A stretch of 64,000 nt of DNA from Ignavibacterium sp. (GCA_039961715.1 JABRVW010000100.1:3333-67332), one strand, 5' to 3'; counted from the stretch's first letter, positions 17,901-27,830 are shown. Notes: generated by a model from the letters alone, not told the origin. Program-made: numbers and translations.

Positions 17901-19076
17901 ATGACCAAGCGAGACTATTACGAAATCCTCGGCGTGAGCCGTTCTTCGACGGCAGAAGAAATAAAGAAGGCGTACAGGAAGCTTGCGCTGAAGTACCACC
18001 CGGACCGCAATCCCGGGAACAAGGAAGCCGAGGAGAAGTTCAAGGAAGCCGCGGAGGCCTATGAGGTCCTGGGGGATGCCGAGAAGCGCCAACGATACGA
18101 TCGCTACGGGCACGACGGAGTCAAGGGCACAAACTTCCGGGAGTTCACCGACGTCAACGACATTTTCTCGACGTTCGGGGACATTTTTGGAGGGGGCTTC
18201 GGGGGCAGTATCTTTGAGGAAGTCTTTGGCGGCGGATCGAGGAGCAGACGCAGGAGCGGGCCTCGATCGGAGGGCACACCCGGGGCTGATCTGCGAGCAA
18301 CGATTCGTCTGACCCTGGAAGAAATCGCCACCGGTGTCGAGAAGAAGATCAAAATCCGGCGGTATAAGCCGTGCGACGTCTGCGGGGGATCGGGTGCCAA
18401 GCCCGGCTCCGGAAAAACCACCTGCCCCGATTGCGGCGGGTCGGGAGAGATTCGTCAGGTTTCGCGTTCCGTTTTCGGCCAGTTCGTGAACATTTCGACC
18501 TGCGCCACCTGTGGCGGGGAGGGACGCGTGGTGCGACAGCCTTGCACGAATTGCGGGGGCGAGGGACGTCTTCAGGGTGAATCAACGATCAAAGTGGCGG
18601 TCCCCGCGGGCGTTTCGGAAGGCAACTACATCCCGCTCAGAGGCCAGGGGCATGCAGGACGACGAGGCGGTCCTGCCGGTGACCTCCTTGTCTTGATCGA
18701 GGAACAACCGCACGAGTACTTCAAGCGCGAGGGGGACGACATTCTCTATGATCTCTGGATCAGCTTTCCCGTCGCGGCACTCGGGGGCGACGTGGAGATC
18801 CCGACCCTGGGCGGAAAAGCCCGGCTGACGATCGACCCGGCGACGCCGGCGGGCAGGGCCCTTCGGATGCGGGAGCGCGGGATCCCGCGCCTCAACAGCC
18901 ACGGCCGGGGAGACCAGATCGTCCGAGTGAACATCTGGGTCCCGCGGCGGCTGAGTCCCGAAGAACGGGAGATGCTCGGACGGCTGCAGAATTCCCCGAA
19001 TTTTGTCCCGACGCCGGAAGAAGCGCGGGGCTCAGGAAAGAGTTTCTTCGAAAAAGTAAAGGACGCATTTTCCTAG
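17901..19076 (+). CDS. dnaJ: molecular chaperone DnaJ
   Basis: J domain with the HPD motif (KYHPDRN), a G/F-rich region, and four CxxCxGxG zinc-finger repeats. Confidence 0.95.
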   Translation: MTKRDYYEILGVSRSSTAEEIKKAYRKLALKYHPDRNPGNKEAEEKFKEAAEAYEVLGDAEKRQRYDRYGHDGVKGTNFREFTDVNDIFSTFGDIFGGGFGGSIFEEVFGGGSRSRRRSGPRSEGTPGADLRATIRLTLEEIATGVEKKIKIRRYKPCDVCGGSGAKPGSGKTTCPDCGGSGEIRQVSRSVFGQFVNISTCATCGGEGRVVRQPCTNCGGEGRLQGESTIKVAVPAGVSEGNYIPLRGQGHAGRRGGPAGDLLVLIEEQPHEYFKREGDDILYDLWISFPVAALGGDVEIPTLGGKARLTIDPATPAGRALRMRERGIPRLNSHGRGDQIVRVNIWVPRRLSPEEREMLGRLQNSPNFVPTPEEARGSGKSFFEKVKDAFS

Positions 19077-19082
19077 AACATC

Positions 19083-19490
19083 ATGCTCAGGCGCCTGCAC
19101 GACTGGCTGGCACTGACAGCCACGGAGCGCAAGGTGTTGTTGTTCGTCACGGGCGCCTTTGTCGCTGGATTGGGAGTCCGTCTCTATCAGGAGACGTTTC
19201 CCCCCGCCGCGGTCTTTGACTATGCATCCACCGACAGCACGTTTGCCGTGCTGAGCGCGGGTGAGGCCGCCTCGGGCCTCCCCGAGGTTCCCCAGGGTCC
19301 CCTGGACATCAATCGGGCCACGAAACAGGAACTCATGGCCCTCCCCGGGATCGGAGCAGTGACGGCCGAGCGCATCATCACCCATCGTGCCGAGCACGGC
19401 CCGTTCCGGTCAATCGAGGACCTTCGCAAGATCCGGGGTATCTCCGGACGAAAACTTGAACAACTCAGACCTCTCATCACCGTCTACTAG
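19083..19490 (+). CDS. ComEA-family helix-hairpin-helix DNA-binding protein
   Basis: N-terminal TM helix. C-terminal INRATKQELMALPGIGAVTAERII.HR...GPF.SIEDL is the typical ComEA HhH tandem. Confidence 0.75.
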   Translation: MLRRLHDWLALTATERKVLLFVTGAFVAGLGVRLYQETFPPAAVFDYASTDSTFAVLSAGEAASGLPEVPQGPLDINRATKQELMALPGIGAVTAERIITHRAEHGPFRSIEDLRKIRGISGRKLEQLRPLITVY

Positions 19491-19511
19491 CCCATCCAAA
19501 CCGGAGGAACA

Positions 19512-19970
19512 ATGTCCGTTTACCAAGAGGCAAAAGGCTCGCCGATTCTGAAAGCCATTATCGCAGTTCTCTCCCTGGCTCTTTTGTACGTGCTTTATGA
19601 GCCCTACAAAATTCGGGAAGAGGAAGAGACGTTTCGCGCGGAGTCCCGCGCCCGAATGATCAATCTCCGTCAGGCTCAATTGCTCCACATCGGTTACCGC
19701 GGGAGATACAACACCTCCGTGGATTCCCTCGTTCAGTTCATTCACACACTCCACGACACCATCCGGGCTTCATATTTTCGGCCGCTCGTCTTGTCTCCCT
19801 TCGTCCCGGAATCGCTCCTGCATACCCCGAAATCCTGGAAACCCTATTCGCTCCAGGTTGTCGATACCACGGCGATCTTGAAATACCTCCTGGAAGATCC
19901 GGACGGCTACGGGTCCGTGGGCTCTCTGACGGACGATGCCCGCGTAAACAAAGCCTCCTGGGAAGAATGA
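19512..19970 (+). CDS. hypothetical membrane-anchored protein (pilin-like N-terminal helix, no prepilin cleavage motif)
   Basis: GGAGG RBS and a single N-terminal hydrophobic helix followed by an amphipathic helix. No family is recognised. Confidence 0.45.
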   Translation: MSVYQEAKGSPILKAIIAVLSLALLYVLYEPYKIREEEETFRAESRARMINLRQAQLLHIGYRGRYNTSVDSLVQFIHTLHDTIRASYFRPLVLSPFVPESLLHTPKSWKPYSLQVVDTTAILKYLLEDPDGYGSVGSLTDDARVNKASWEE

Positions 19971-20004
19971 TCTCCTTCCCCCCCACCAACTCTCCGAGCG
20001 GAAG

Positions 20005-20922
20005 ATGAAATCAACGCGTCACCTCGGGGTTTCGTTCTGCAACGGCCACATTCAGATCGCCGAGATCGAGCAGGGAAAGAAGCCCATGGTCACGGCACTG
20101 GCGGAGCGCGAGACCAGTGTCGATCTCGTTCAGGCAGGGATTCACCTCTCAGCGGACCATCCACAGGTGGCCACGCTGGCAGGCGAGCTCGGCGACATGA
20201 TCAAGCGCAACAAGATCGCAACGCGCTCGGTCTCCTACGCCCTCCCCGCTGATCCGACGTTTATCAACATCATTCCCCTCCCCACATCGCTCAAGGGTAC
20301 CGATCTCACGGATTTTCTTCGGTGGGAAATCCATCAGTATTTCCCGGATGCGGGCCCAAAAGACTTCATCGTCGATTCCCATCCTCTACCATCGGCCGAG
20401 AAAACCGTCCACCCCGGCTTTGTCGTGGGTGTCCGCCGCGGGATGGTGACCTTCCTCCAGAAGGTCACGTCAGACCTTCGGCTTCAGCTCCACTTGATTG
20501 ACGTCGATCATCTGAGCACGGAAAAGACGATCTCGTTTAACTATCCCGAGATTCGTGACCATGCGGTGGGCCTCTTTTCCCTCAGAATGACCGGCATGAT
20601 CGCCAGCCTGGTCCGGAACGGAGAGATTATTGATTACCGCGCTTACAAGGCCGATGTGCCCGGTGACGTTCCCCGGACCATCAGCGCCTACCTGAAGCAC
20701 GTCAGGCAAAAGGATGGACTTGGGGAGCCGGATGCCTTGTTCCTTTACGGCCAGGCCGTGCCTCCCGACATGCTCAAGGCTATACGGGATGAAACGGATA
20801 CGCAAACTCTGATCATCAACTCCCTGCGAAAACTGCCGGTAACGGGAAAAGTGTACGACCAGTTCAAGAAGGAGAGTTTCAGGTTTGCACCGGCAATCGG
20901 ACTGAGTCTGCGGGCGGAATGA
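20005..20922 (+). CDS. PilM-like actin-fold protein
   Basis: Length, N-terminal GV.F....I.IAEIE pattern and C-terminal FAPAIGLSLR resemble type IV pilus assembly ATPase-fold PilM. The stop overlaps the rsmD start (ATGA). Confidence 0.5.
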   Translation: MKSTRHLGVSFCNGHIQIAEIEQGKKPMVTALAERETSVDLVQAGIHLSADHPQVATLAGELGDMIKRNKIATRSVSYALPADPTFINIIPLPTSLKGTDLTDFLRWEIHQYFPDAGPKDFIVDSHPLPSAEKTVHPGFVVGVRRGMVTFLQKVTSDLRLQLHLIDVDHLSTEKTISFNYPEIRDHAVGLFSLRMTGMIASLVRNGEIIDYRAYKADVPGDVPRTISAYLKHVRQKDGLGEPDALFLYGQAVPPDMLKAIRDETDTQTLIINSLRKLPVTGKVYDQFKKESFRFAPAIGLSLRAE

Positions 20923-21491
20923 GGATCATTGCGGGCACGTACCGGGGAATGCGCCTCTCCGCTCCCCGTACCCTGGCGGTCAGACCCACAACCGACAGGG
21001 TGAAACAAACGCTGTTTGACATCCTTACTTCCCGGATCGAATTTGAAGGGAAGGAAGTTCTGGACCTGTTTGCCGGGAGCGGAAGTCTCGGGCTTGAGGC
21101 TCTGAGCCGGGGCGCCCGGCGCGTGACGTTCGTCGAGAAATCACGCCCCGCCCTCCGCGTCCTTGAGCGAAACATCCGCGCACTCCGCTGTGACGACAGG
21201 GTGATCATCCATCAGGCGGATGTCTTCTGGTTCATCAAAAACGTTTTTCAGACGTATGACCTGGTGTTTGTCGATCCTCCCTATGCCCTGGAGACCATCG
21301 GCTCCCTGCCCGCGCTCCTCGCAGGATCAGGTCTTCTCCGCCCCGGCACTTATGTCGTCATGGAACACAGCCGGGAGTCAGATGTTCCGGTTCCGCCGGA
21401 CGCCTTCGACACCATCCGAAAACAGTTTGGCCAGACCGTCGCCCTGATCCTCCAGGCACGAGATCAGGCGGGAAAGGGACCCTCACCATGA
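20919..21491 (+). CDS. rsmD: 16S rRNA (guanine966-N2)-methyltransferase RsmD
   Basis: IIAG.YRG..L......RPT.DRVK..LF. is followed by LDLFAGSG.LGLEALSRGA and VDPPYA. Confidence 0.85.
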   Translation: MRIIAGTYRGMRLSAPRTLAVRPTTDRVKQTLFDILTSRIEFEGKEVLDLFAGSGSLGLEALSRGARRVTFVEKSRPALRVLERNIRALRCDDRVIIHQADVFWFIKNVFQTYDLVFVDPPYALETIGSLPALLAGSGLLRPGTYVVMEHSRESDVPVPPDAFDTIRKQFGQTVALILQARDQAGKGPSP

Positions 21492-21979
21492 GAATCGCCA
21501 TCTATCCGGGCACGTTTGACCCGATCACCAACGGCCACCTTGATATCCTTGACAGGGCCGTCAAGCTCTTTGACAAGGTCATCATCACGATCGCCCGCAA
21601 CCCCTCCAAGAGTCCTTTGTTTTCCGAGGAGGAACGGCTGGATATGCTGAGAGAGGCTACAAAGAGCCATCAGAACGTTGAAGTGGATTCCTTCGAAGGT
21701 CTCCTCGTGGATTATGCCAGATCGAAGCAGGCGGCGGCAATCGTCCGAGGCCTGCGGGCAATCTCCGACTTCGAGTACGAGCTCCAAATGGCATTGATGA
21801 ACCGGAAGCTCGACGCAGCCGTGGAGACCGTTTTCCTGATGCCGAACGAAAAGTATACCTATCTGAACTCAAGCATTGTCCGCGAGATTTCCCGTCACGG
21901 CGGCGACGTGTCCGAATTCGTGCCTCCGATGGTACGGCTTTCGCTGGAGAGAAAAAGACGCATGAAACAATCGAGCTGA
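21488..21979 (+). CDS. coaD: phosphopantetheine adenylyltransferase
   Basis: YPGTFDPITNGHLDI and ISDFEYE motifs are present. ATGA overlap with rsmD. Confidence 0.95.
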   Translation: MRIAIYPGTFDPITNGHLDILDRAVKLFDKVIITIARNPSKSPLFSEEERLDMLREATKSHQNVEVDSFEGLLVDYARSKQAAAIVRGLRAISDFEYELQMALMNRKLDAAVETVFLMPNEKYTYLNSSIVREISRHGGDVSEFVPPMVRLSLERKRRMKQSS

Positions 21980-22011
21980 TCCTCCCTTTCGCCCACGCCG
22001 ACTCACTGTTT

Positions 22012-23208
22012 ATGAAACCCATTTCCCGTAAGGCGCTTTCCATCAAGCCGTCCCAAACTCTCGCACTGTTTGCCCGAGCCAAGGCAATGAAAGCCGAAGG
22101 TCAGGACGTGGTGAGCTTCACGGCCGGCGAGCCGGATTTCCCGACGCCGGAGCCCGTCAAGAACGCCGGCATTGAGGCGATTAGGGAAAATTTTACGAAG
22201 TACACCCCGAACCGAGGGATCCCCGAGTTGTTGAAAGCCATTGCGGGGAAGTTTCGCCGCGAGAACGGCATCGAAACCGATCCAGGAAGAATTCTGGTCT
22301 CGACCGGCGCCAAGCATTCCATCTTCAACGCTCTCCAGGCCATCTGCAACCGCGGGGATGAAGTGATCATTCCTTCACCGTTCTGGGTGAGCTACCCGGA
22401 AATGGTTCAGATGGTCGACGCCCGCCCCGTATTGGTAAAAACATCCCTGAAGAACCAATTCAAGATGACGGCACCGCAACTCAAGAAGGCCGTCACACGC
22501 AAGACAAAGGCTGTCATCCTGAACAGCCCCTGCAATCCAACAGGTGCGGTGTACTCCCGTGCCGAAATCGAAGCCCTGGCCGATGTCGTTGCTTCGTCAG
22601 GTGTGTACCTGATCTCTGACGAGATCTATGAAAAAATCCTCTTTGACGGGGAAACGCACTTCAGTCCCGGTTCCCTGCCGGCCATCCGCGACCAGGTCAT
22701 CACTGTCAACGGTGTCTCGAAGGCGTACTCCATGACGGGTTGGAGGATCGGCTTCATGACGGGTCACAAGGACGTCATCAACGCGGCGGAAACGTTCCAG
22801 GGTCAGGTCACCTCCAACGCCAATTCCATCGCGCAGAAGGCGGCGCTTGTCGCTTTGACCGGCAATCTCGACAGCGCGATCCGGAATATGGTGAGTGAGT
22901 TTGACCGAAGGCGGAAGTACCTGCTCGAACAGGTACAGAGAATCCCCCATGTTCACTACGTCCATCCTCGGGGGGCCTTCTATCTCTTTTTCGATGTCAG
23001 CGCCTACCTTGGCAAACGGGCGGGCACCTATGCTGTGAAGACAGCCGACGATCTCTGTGAATATCTCCTGACAACCCATCACGTGGCCCTGGTGCCGGGC
23101 ACGGGATTCGGGGAAAAGCGATGGGTGCGGCTGTCGTACGCCTGCTCCCTTGAAGAACTGCAGAAAGGTGTGTCAAGAATCGCGGAAGGGTTGAACACAA
23201 TTCGATGA
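22012..23208 (+). CDS. aspartate/aromatic aminotransferase (class I PLP fold)
   Basis: F.AGEPDF.TP, NSPCNPTG, ISDEIYE and the SKAYSMTGWRIG PLP-lysine motif are present. Confidence 0.9.
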   Translation: MKPISRKALSIKPSQTLALFARAKAMKAEGQDVVSFTAGEPDFPTPEPVKNAGIEAIRENFTKYTPNRGIPELLKAIAGKFRRENGIETDPGRILVSTGAKHSIFNALQAICNRGDEVIIPSPFWVSYPEMVQMVDARPVLVKTSLKNQFKMTAPQLKKAVTRKTKAVILNSPCNPTGAVYSRAEIEALADVVASSGVYLISDEIYEKILFDGETHFSPGSLPAIRDQVITVNGVSKAYSMTGWRIGFMTGHKDVINAAETFQGQVTSNANSIAQKAALVALTGNLDSAIRNMVSEFDRRRKYLLEQVQRIPHVHYVHPRGAFYLFFDVSAYLGKRAGTYAVKTADDLCEYLLTTHHVALVPGTGFGEKRWVRLSYACSLEELQKGVSRIAEGLNTIR

Positions 23209-23229
23209 ATCAGAAGAGAGTATTCTGCC

Positions 23230-23538
23230 ATGCCAACGTATGAGTACAAATGCGTCCACTGTGGCCATTCGTTTGAAGAATTCCAGTCAATGACCGCCGC
23301 CCCGCTCGTCCGATGCCCTCAATGCGGCCAGGATGGACTGAAGCGCGTCCTGGGTGGCGGTGCTGGAATGATCTTCAAGGGGCAGGGATTCTACCTCACC
23401 GATTACAAGAAGAGTGCGGGAACGGGTGGACCGAAGAAAACGGAAGAGACGAAAAAAGAAGGCGGCGGTACGGGCACGAAAACTGACTCCGGGCCAACAG
23501 CGTCCGGCACCGATTCGAAAGGCACGAGCAAACCGTAA
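23230..23538 (+). CDS. FmdB-family zinc-ribbon protein
   Basis: MPTYEYKC..CGH.FE and CP.CG are the canonical CxxC...CxxC FmdB N-terminus. The tail is low-complexity and G/T/K-rich. Confidence 0.8.
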   Translation: MPTYEYKCVHCGHSFEEFQSMTAAPLVRCPQCGQDGLKRVLGGGAGMIFKGQGFYLTDYKKSAGTGGPKKTEETKKEGGGTGTKTDSGPTASGTDSKGTSKP

Positions 23539-23570
23539 CCCGGCAGGAAGAAGCGGACCCCGGAACCCAT

Positions 23571-24671
23571 TTACCGACCCACAGAAAAGCCGTTGAGGCG
23601 CAGAACCTTCTGCGCCTTTTTTTTCTCCTCAGCGGATTCAAAGGAAAGGCGGAAGGTGCCTCCGGTATCTTCTCTCACCTTCATGAGCTCGATGTCCTTG
23701 ATATTGATGTTCTTGCGGGCCAGGGCCCCGGTGAGTCGCGCCAGCATGCCGGGTTTGTCGGATACAAACACTTCGAGGGTGGCCAGAGGATGCAGAAATC
23801 CCTTCATATCCCGCGGAATGCGGCTTCGCAGGATCCTCGAGCGGTGAAATTCGCGCGCGAGCAACCCAAGATCGCTGTTTGCAACGGCGCGGCGATAGCG
23901 GGCCAGCGTTTCTTCCAGGCGCCTGAGTGCTTTCGCCACCTCGGCACGGTTGGCCGGAAGGATGTGCTTCCAGAGATCGAACCGGCTCGAGGCAATGCGC
24001 GTAAGATCCCTGAACCCCCCTGCCCCCAGCTGCAGATACGCGCCGGTTCTTCTCCTCCGATCACCGGCAAGATTCATGAGGGCAACGGCAACGAGCTGAG
24101 GCAGGTGGCTGACCGCGGCGGCAACGGCATCGTGAAACCCCGGATCCATTCTCAGCGGCCGGCCCCCGATCTTTCTGACAAACGCCGTAAAAGCGCGTAC
24201 AGGCGCGCCCGGAAGCGGCGTCAGAACGTAGATGGCGTTTTCGAACAACAGCGGATGGGCGGCGAGAATGCCGGAATGCTCGGCTCCGGCCATGGGGTGG
24301 CCACCGATGAAGTTCCCCCTGGGGAACAGCTTTTGCGCGTCGGACATGATCCCGGCCTTGACACTGCCCACGTCAGTCACGAGAGTCCGTTGGGGCACCA
24401 GCCGCGCAACTCGGGGAAGAAGGGATCTGATCTGTCGAGGCGGGACGGCGAGGATGACAAGGTCAGCGTTCAGGAGCGCGCGCACAAGCGCTGTTTCTGC
24501 GCGATGAATCGCCCCCCGACGTTTCGCTCTGGAAAGCACTGCCGGGCGGTCGAGCCCTGTGACAACGGCGTCTGGCACCTGGCGGCGTATGGCCAATCCG
24601 AGGGATCCTCCGATCAACCCTACGCCGATGATCGTGATATGCCTGAAGGGCGGCGACTGAGACATGAGCAC
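23571..24671 (-). CDS. tyrA: prephenate dehydrogenase with C-terminal ACT domain
   Basis: Rossmann motif IIGVGLIGGS, GGHPMAG, and a C-terminal ACT-like segment. Confidence 0.85.
   Translation of the reverse strand: MLMSQSPPFRHITIIGVGLIGGSLGLAIRRQVPDAVVTGLDRPAVLSRAKRRGAIHRAETALVRALLNADLVILAVPPRQIRSLLPRVARLVPQRTLVTDVGSVKAGIMSDAQKLFPRGNFIGGHPMAGAEHSGILAAHPLLFENAIYVLTPLPGAPVRAFTAFVRKIGGRPLRMDPGFHDAVAAAVSHLPQLVAVALMNLAGDRRRRTGAYLQLGAGGFRDLTRIASSRFDLWKHILPANRAEVAKALRRLEETLARYRRAVANSDLGLLAREFHRSRILRSRIPRDMKGFLHPLATLEVFVSDKPGMLARLTGALARKNINIKDIELMKVREDTGGTFRLSFESAEEKKKAQKVLRLNGFSVGR
23595..23624 (+). terminator. rho-independent terminator of the FmdB-family gene
   Basis: aggcgcagaa/ttctgcgcct inverted repeat followed by T8. 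It lies inside the 3' coding end of the convergent tyrA gene. Confidence 0.65.
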
Positions 24672-24682
24672 GCGGCAGGGAT

Positions 24683-25699
24683 TCAGGGAACGCGCCGGCC
24701 GATTGCCTGGGCGATGATTCGCACCTCGTTCATCATCTCCGAGAATTGGTCGGGGAACAACGACTGGGCGCCATCCGATTTTGCATGATCGGGATCGTTG
24801 TGGACTTCGATGATAAGGCCATCTGCGCCAGCAGCAACTGCGGCCCGCGCCATGGGAATAACCTTGTCGCGGATTCCGATTCCATGTGAAGGATCGGCAA
24901 CAATCGGGAGGTGGCTCTTCTTCTTGATCACGGGGATCGCGCCGATATCCATGGTGTTGCGCGTCGCCGTTTCAAATGTCCGGATTCCGCGCTCACAGAG
25001 AATGACCTGCATGTTTCCCCCGGAAAGAATGTATTCGGCAGACATCAGCCATTCTTCAATGGTGGCCGAAAGCCCGCGCTTCAGCATGACGGGTTTCGAG
25101 GCCTTCCCAAGCTCTTTCAGGAACGTGAAGTTCTGCATGTTTCTCGCTCCCACCTGGAGAACATCGGCGTACCGCTCGACAAGCCCAATCTGGCTTCGGT
25201 CCATTACTTCGGTGATCACCTTCAGGCCAAAAGCATCCGCTGCTGATCGCAGGAGTTTCAGACCCTCCTCCCCCAGGCCCTGAAACGAATAGGGTGATGT
25301 CCGCGGCTTGAAGGCACCCCCTCGAAGCACCCTGGCTCCGCTTTTTGCCACATATTCCGCGATTGTGAAGATCTGCTCTTCGCTTTCCACGGAACACGGC
25401 CCTGCCATGATGAGTACATCATTGCCTCCGATCTCCGCAGAACCTACCCTGACCACTGTTCCCTCCTTTTGGAACGCCCTGCTCGCAAGCTTGTAGGGAT
25501 CGGTAATCCGGATGACCTCCGCCACACCCGGAAGAAGCTGAATCTGCCTGTGGTCAAACTCGGGCTGGACGCCGATTGCGCCGAGAACAGTCTGTCGGAC
25601 ACCTGTTGACCGATGTACGTCGAATCCGTGTTCGTGGAGAACGCGAATGATTTCTTCTATCTGCTTTTCTGTTGCACCAGGCTCAGTTACGACGACCAT
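24683..25699 (-). CDS. 3-deoxy-7-phosphoheptulonate (DAHP) synthase, type I-beta with N-terminal ferredoxin-like regulatory domain
   Basis: [24 protein letters not shown] and a KdsA-like TIM core. The N-terminal about 65-aa FL/ACT-like domain resembles Thermotoga-type enzymes. Confidence 0.9.
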   Translation of the reverse strand: MVVVTEPGATEKQIEEIIRVLHEHGFDVHRSTGVRQTVLGAIGVQPEFDHRQIQLLPGVAEVIRITDPYKLASRAFQKEGTVVRVGSAEIGGNDVLIMAGPCSVESEEQIFTIAEYVAKSGARVLRGGAFKPRTSPYSFQGLGEEGLKLLRSAADAFGLKVITEVMDRSQIGLVERYADVLQVGARNMQNFTFLKELGKASKPVMLKRGLSATIEEWLMSAEYILSGGNMQVILCERGIRTFETATRNTMDIGAIPVIKKKSHLPIVADPSHGIGIRDKVIPMARAAVAAGADGLIIEVHNDPDHAKSDGAQSLFPDQFSEMMNEVRIIAQAIGRRVP

Positions 25700-25744
25700 A
25701 GAGGGGTTTTTGACTTATTGATTCGTTGGTTCATTGGGCCCTTG

Positions 25745-25776
25745 TTTCGTTCTTTCGTTGTTTCGTCATTTCGTTG
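25745..25776. repeat. four phased octamer repeats (TTTCGTNN)x4 in the aroF-type gene leader
   Basis: TTTCGT starts at 25745, 25753, 25761 and 25769, an exact 8-nt period. Degenerate copies start at 25721 and 25780. On the coding (minus) strand the motif reads ACGAAA. Confidence 0.8.
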
Positions 25777-25787
25777 ATTTGTCGTTC

Positions 25788-26543
25788 CTAATACCTGTCC
25801 AACTTGAATTTCTCTCCCAAATAGAGCTTTCGGGCCTCAGGGTCATTAGCGAGGAATTCAGCCGTGCCGGATTTGAGGATCTTCCCTTCAAACAACAGGT
25901 AAGACCTGTCTGTAATCGAGAGAGTCTCATGCACATTATGGTCCGTGATCAACACGCCGATCTCCTTGTCCCGCAAGGTGCCGATGATTTTCATGATATC
26001 TTCAACGGCGATCGGGTCAATGCCCGCGAACGGCTCGTCCAACAACATGAATCGCGGATCCAATGCCAGCGCGCGCGCAATTTCCGTCCTCCGCCTTTCG
26101 CCGCCGGACAGGACGTACGCCTTGCTCCGTGCAAGATGGGCAAGTCCGAAATCCTCCAGCAGACGGTCGCATTTCTCCTCCTGCTCCTTCCTGCCCAACG
26201 AACTCATCTCCAGCACGGCCAGGATGTTTTCTCGCACCGTCAGACGTCGAAATACCGAGGCTTCCTGGGGCAAATATCCGATTCCCAGGCGCGCCCTCCG
26301 GTACATTGGGAGAGTTGTGATATTCTCTTCATTGACAAACACGCGCCCGTCATTCGGACGGATCATCCCCACGATCATATAGAACGTCGTGGTTTTTCCC
26401 GCACCGTTCGGACCGAGCAGGCCCACAATCTCCCCCTGCCGGACATCGATGGACACCTGACTGACGACGGTCCTCTTCTTGTACTTTTTCACAAGGCCTT
26501 CTGCGCGCAGGATCGCCGCTCCGTTTTCTGAAGTTCGATTCAC
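25788..26543 (-). CDS. lptB: LPS export ABC transporter ATP-binding protein LptB
   Basis: Walker [10 protein letters not shown], signature LSGGERRR, Walker B LLDEPFAG. Operon context with lptC, the lptA-like gene and kdsD. Confidence 0.9.
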   Translation of the reverse strand: MNRTSENGAAILRAEGLVKKYKKRTVVSQVSIDVRQGEIVGLLGPNGAGKTTTFYMIVGMIRPNDGRVFVNEENITTLPMYRRARLGIGYLPQEASVFRRLTVRENILAVLEMSSLGRKEQEEKCDRLLEDFGLAHLARSKAYVLSGGERRRTEIARALALDPRFMLLDEPFAGIDPIAVEDIMKIIGTLRDKEIGVLITDHNVHETLSITDRSYLLFEGKILKSGTAEFLANDPEARKLYLGEKFKLDRY

Positions 26544-26555
26544 AGGCCGTCTCCG

Positions 26556-27830
26556 CTAGTCATAGACGAGATCGATGCCCCTCCGTCGCGGCCGGCTTCC
26601 ATGCCAGCGAAAACCATCGAGATTGAAACTCCGTTCCCGTTCCAGAATAAGATTCTCCGGCCGATACGTGCCCTCCACTCCACCGTAGACCGTGATGTCC
26701 TGCACCTGACCATCCCCAAACTCAACCAGGATCCGATCCCCGCTCGAGCGATTCATCCCGTTGGGGGTGGTTCCTTCGAACAAATAGTAGAGGCTTATTG
26801 CGTTCCTGACCGCTTCGATCTTTTCAATCTGATCGTCCCGAAAAAAGAGCGTCACCTCACGTCCGGTCAGCTGGTCAAATCGCTCCGGGAGTGCCGTGTC
26901 GGCCCTGGATACCGCCATTGCCCTCCCGGCGACGAAGACCTTGCGGAGCTTCCCATCCTGAAGGATCACTGCAATGGAATCGCCCGTGATCTGGTTCTCT
27001 GCATACCAGACGACCGGATTCTTCAGCAGGACCACAAGGCCTTCAGACGGACGATACAGGGCATACCCACTGCGTCCTGCCAGCTCGTTGCGTGCAAACA
27101 CCACGCTGTCCCGAACGATGTACCGCAGAGTCGTGTCACGATAGGCCTCCATCACGCGGCCAGTCACCACCAGCGTATCGATCCTTCCCGGCGCCAGGGT
27201 GTCCACATGGACCATCCTGGGCCGCAGAGGGACGATGGTATAATCAATGTCGCCGAAGTGGGCCAGCGAGTCTGCGAAAACCGTGACGCCGTCCCCGGGA
27301 CTCACCACTCTCACGTTTCCCTTCGCATGGGACCGGTTCCCTGATTCAAAAAAGATCAGCGAGTCGCATTGTGTCGTGGAAACAGAATCGACGACCACCA
27401 CGTCCCCGGTGAACGTCGCTTTCCTCTCCTCTGCCTCATAAAAACCTTCCTTCGCGGTCAGCGTCGTCCCGTCAACTCGTTCCAGTCGTACCCCTTCCCT
27501 CATCGTGGCGGAACGCGATGCGCTCAGGTAAGTCCCTTGTCTTCCCGTCAACGTGATGCTGTCCCTCACGATCCTGACGTTTCCCATCAGTTCAATCCTG
27601 CCGCGCTTCATGAACTGCAGTGCGCGGTCGCACCAGAGATGAACCGGCGTTCCCTGTTCAGAGGGTTGGACAAAATGCACGTTGCCGATGAAATCCCGAA
27701 CCTCTTCTCCCTCGATTTCCCGGACGTTGAGCTGCTGTGCTGAGCGAAGTTCCACTGGTCGCCTTCCCTGGGCGAACAGCTCACCGACGATCGCCGTCAG
27801 CAGAATGACCAAAGCCGTTCTGCGGATCAT
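26556..27830 (-). CDS. OstA/LptA-like periplasmic protein with repeated OstA-N modules
   Basis: Signal peptide and repeated beta-jellyroll-like segments (GNV....G...L.A). Located between lptC and lptB. Confidence 0.6.
   Translation of the reverse strand: MIRRTALVILLTAIVGELFAQGRRPVELRSAQQLNVREIEGEEVRDFIGNVHFVQPSEQGTPVHLWCDRALQFMKRGRIELMGNVRIVRDSITLTGRQGTYLSASRSATMREGVRLERVDGTTLTAKEGFYEAEERKATFTGDVVVVDSVSTTQCDSLIFFESGNRSHAKGNVRVVSPGDGVTVFADSLAHFGDIDYTIVPLRPRMVHVDTLAPGRIDTLVVTGRVMEAYRDTTLRYIVRDSVVFARNELAGRSGYALYRPSEGLVVLLKNPVVWYAENQITGDSIAVILQDGKLRKVFVAGRAMAVSRADTALPERFDQLTGREVTLFFRDDQIEKIEAVRNAISLYYLFEGTTPNGMNRSSGDRILVEFGDGQVQDITVYGGVEGTYRPENLILERERSFNLDGFRWHGSRPRRRGIDLVYD

Noticed and set aside
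25734-26531. 265-aa plus-strand ORF
   Set aside because: It is antisense to lptB, which has Walker A/B and ABC signature motifs.
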